Positions 31,275 through 32,000 of a stretch of 32,000 nt of DNA are shown piece after piece; the stretch's first letter is position 1, and every line of letters starts with the position of its first letter. The DNA is taken from NCBI RefSeq assembly GCF_008065095.1, contig NZ_CP042911.1, positions 1-32,000 of the forward strand, written 5' to 3'. Below the pieces are notes generated by a model, which saw only the letters and a list, made by a program, of their open reading frames with translations, searched no databases and was not told the origin of the DNA. The stretch comes from Gemmata obscuriglobus. Its GTDB lineage: Bacteria; Planctomycetota; Planctomycetia; Gemmatales; Gemmataceae. The translations under genes and the position numbers were made by a program.

Positions 31275-32000
31275 TTATTCGAATAACGATCCTTGCTTAT
31301 CGTCGGGCTTCGGCTTGGGTACTGGTGGAAGTTTCCCGAGAGCTGAGTAAGCGCGGGGCATCGCCACCCGGCCGCGCGGCGAACGGGTGATGTACTGCTC
31401 GCGCAGCAGGTAAGGCTCGATCTCGTCCGAGAGCGTGTCCGACGCCAGGTTGATCGTCGCCGCGAGCGCCTCCACCCCGGTCGGTCCGCCGCCGTAAAGG
31501 TCGATCAGCGTTTCGAGGTACTTGCGGTCGTTCTTGTCGAGCCCGTCGCGGTCCACCTCGGCCATGTCGAGCGCGGCCCGGGCGACCTCTTCGGTAATGG
31601 TGCCGTCGTGCTGCGCTGCGGCGAAACTGCGGGTCCAGTGGAGGCGCGAATTGGCCACCCGCGGGGTTCCGCGGCTGCGCCGGGCCAGCTCTAGCGACGC
31701 CTGCGAGGTGATCGGGGTGTTCAGTTTTGCCGCGTTCACGGTGGCGATCGTAGCCAGTTCATCGACCGAGTAGAACTCCAGGTGTTCATGCATTTTGAAC
31801 CGGTCACGCATCGGGCCGGACAGCATCCCGCTCCGCGTGGTGGCCCCGATGAGCGTGAACCGTTTGAGGGTCATGGAAATGGTCCGCGCGCTCATACCCT
31901 CGCCGAGCACAATGTCGATGCGGAAGTCTTCCATCGCCGGGTAAATGAACTCTTCCACCACCCGCGGCATCCGGTGGATCTCGTCGATGAAGAGCACCGA
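31275..32000 (-). CDS. ruvB: Holliday junction ATP-dependent DNA helicase RuvB (C-terminal about two thirds; N-terminus off-window)
   Basis: LFIDEIHRM (Walker B), FTLIGATTR, GPMRDRF, GTPRVANSRL, and a winged-helix tail. The ORF runs off the right edge. Confidence 0.9.
   Translation of the reverse strand, partial: SVLFIDEIHRMPRVVEEFIYPAMEDFRIDIVLGEGMSARTISMTLKRFTLIGATTRSGMLSGPMRDRFKMHEHLEFYSVDELATIATVNAAKLNTPITSQASLELARRSRGTPRVANSRLHWTRSFAAAQHDGTITEEVARAALDMAEVDRDGLDKNDRKYLETLIDLYGGGPTGVEALAATINLASDTLSDEIEPYLLREQYITRSPRGRVAMPRAYSALGKLPPVPKPKPDDKQGSLFE

Overview
This is a high-GC window (judged by eye, not computed). It opens with a replication-origin cluster: dnaA, an oriC-like spacer, dnaN, a DUF721/DciA gene and gyrB. 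The rest is mostly housekeeping and hypothetical genes: rsmH, sthA, nadA, scpB, a tartrate/isopropylmalate-dehydrogenase-family enzyme and a ruvB fragment. The gene style fits a Planctomycetota (Gemmata-like) chromosome. Examples are a Pro-rich bitopic LysM protein, an exported HEAT-repeat protein, an ECF sigma fused to a TM helix and a TolB-like propeller, and many lipoproteins. The taxonomic call is inference only.

Features read directly from the sequence:
- A 1238-bp IS3-family element with a GGT target duplication splits a secreted three-repeat protein gene, and removing it restores the reading frame.
- The IS has an A9 run linking orfA to an orfB that lies in the +1 frame, not the usual -1 frame.
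- A 43-bp perfect palindrome with internal 9-bp ACAGGAT periodicity sits exactly between two convergent stop codons.
- A membrane-anchored Pro/Gln-rich ORF has a single in-frame TGA followed by 93 more coding-like codons.
- The oriC-like spacer has two inverted DnaA-box 20-mers and five YTGGCGCGC motifs.
- Inverted 14-bp tandem doublets lie between dnaN and the DUF721 gene.
- A VapBC-type toxin-antitoxin pair abuts nadA.

I saw no rRNA, tRNA or CRISPR array. No obvious multi-gene defence or other novel system is evident. The most system-like unknown is the same-strand block downstream of rsmH: the LysM protein, a lipoprotein and the IS-disrupted secreted repeat protein.

Family assignments come from motifs I recognise, not from searches. 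Start codons are best guesses. Most long alternative-frame ORFs in the track are GC-driven artefacts.
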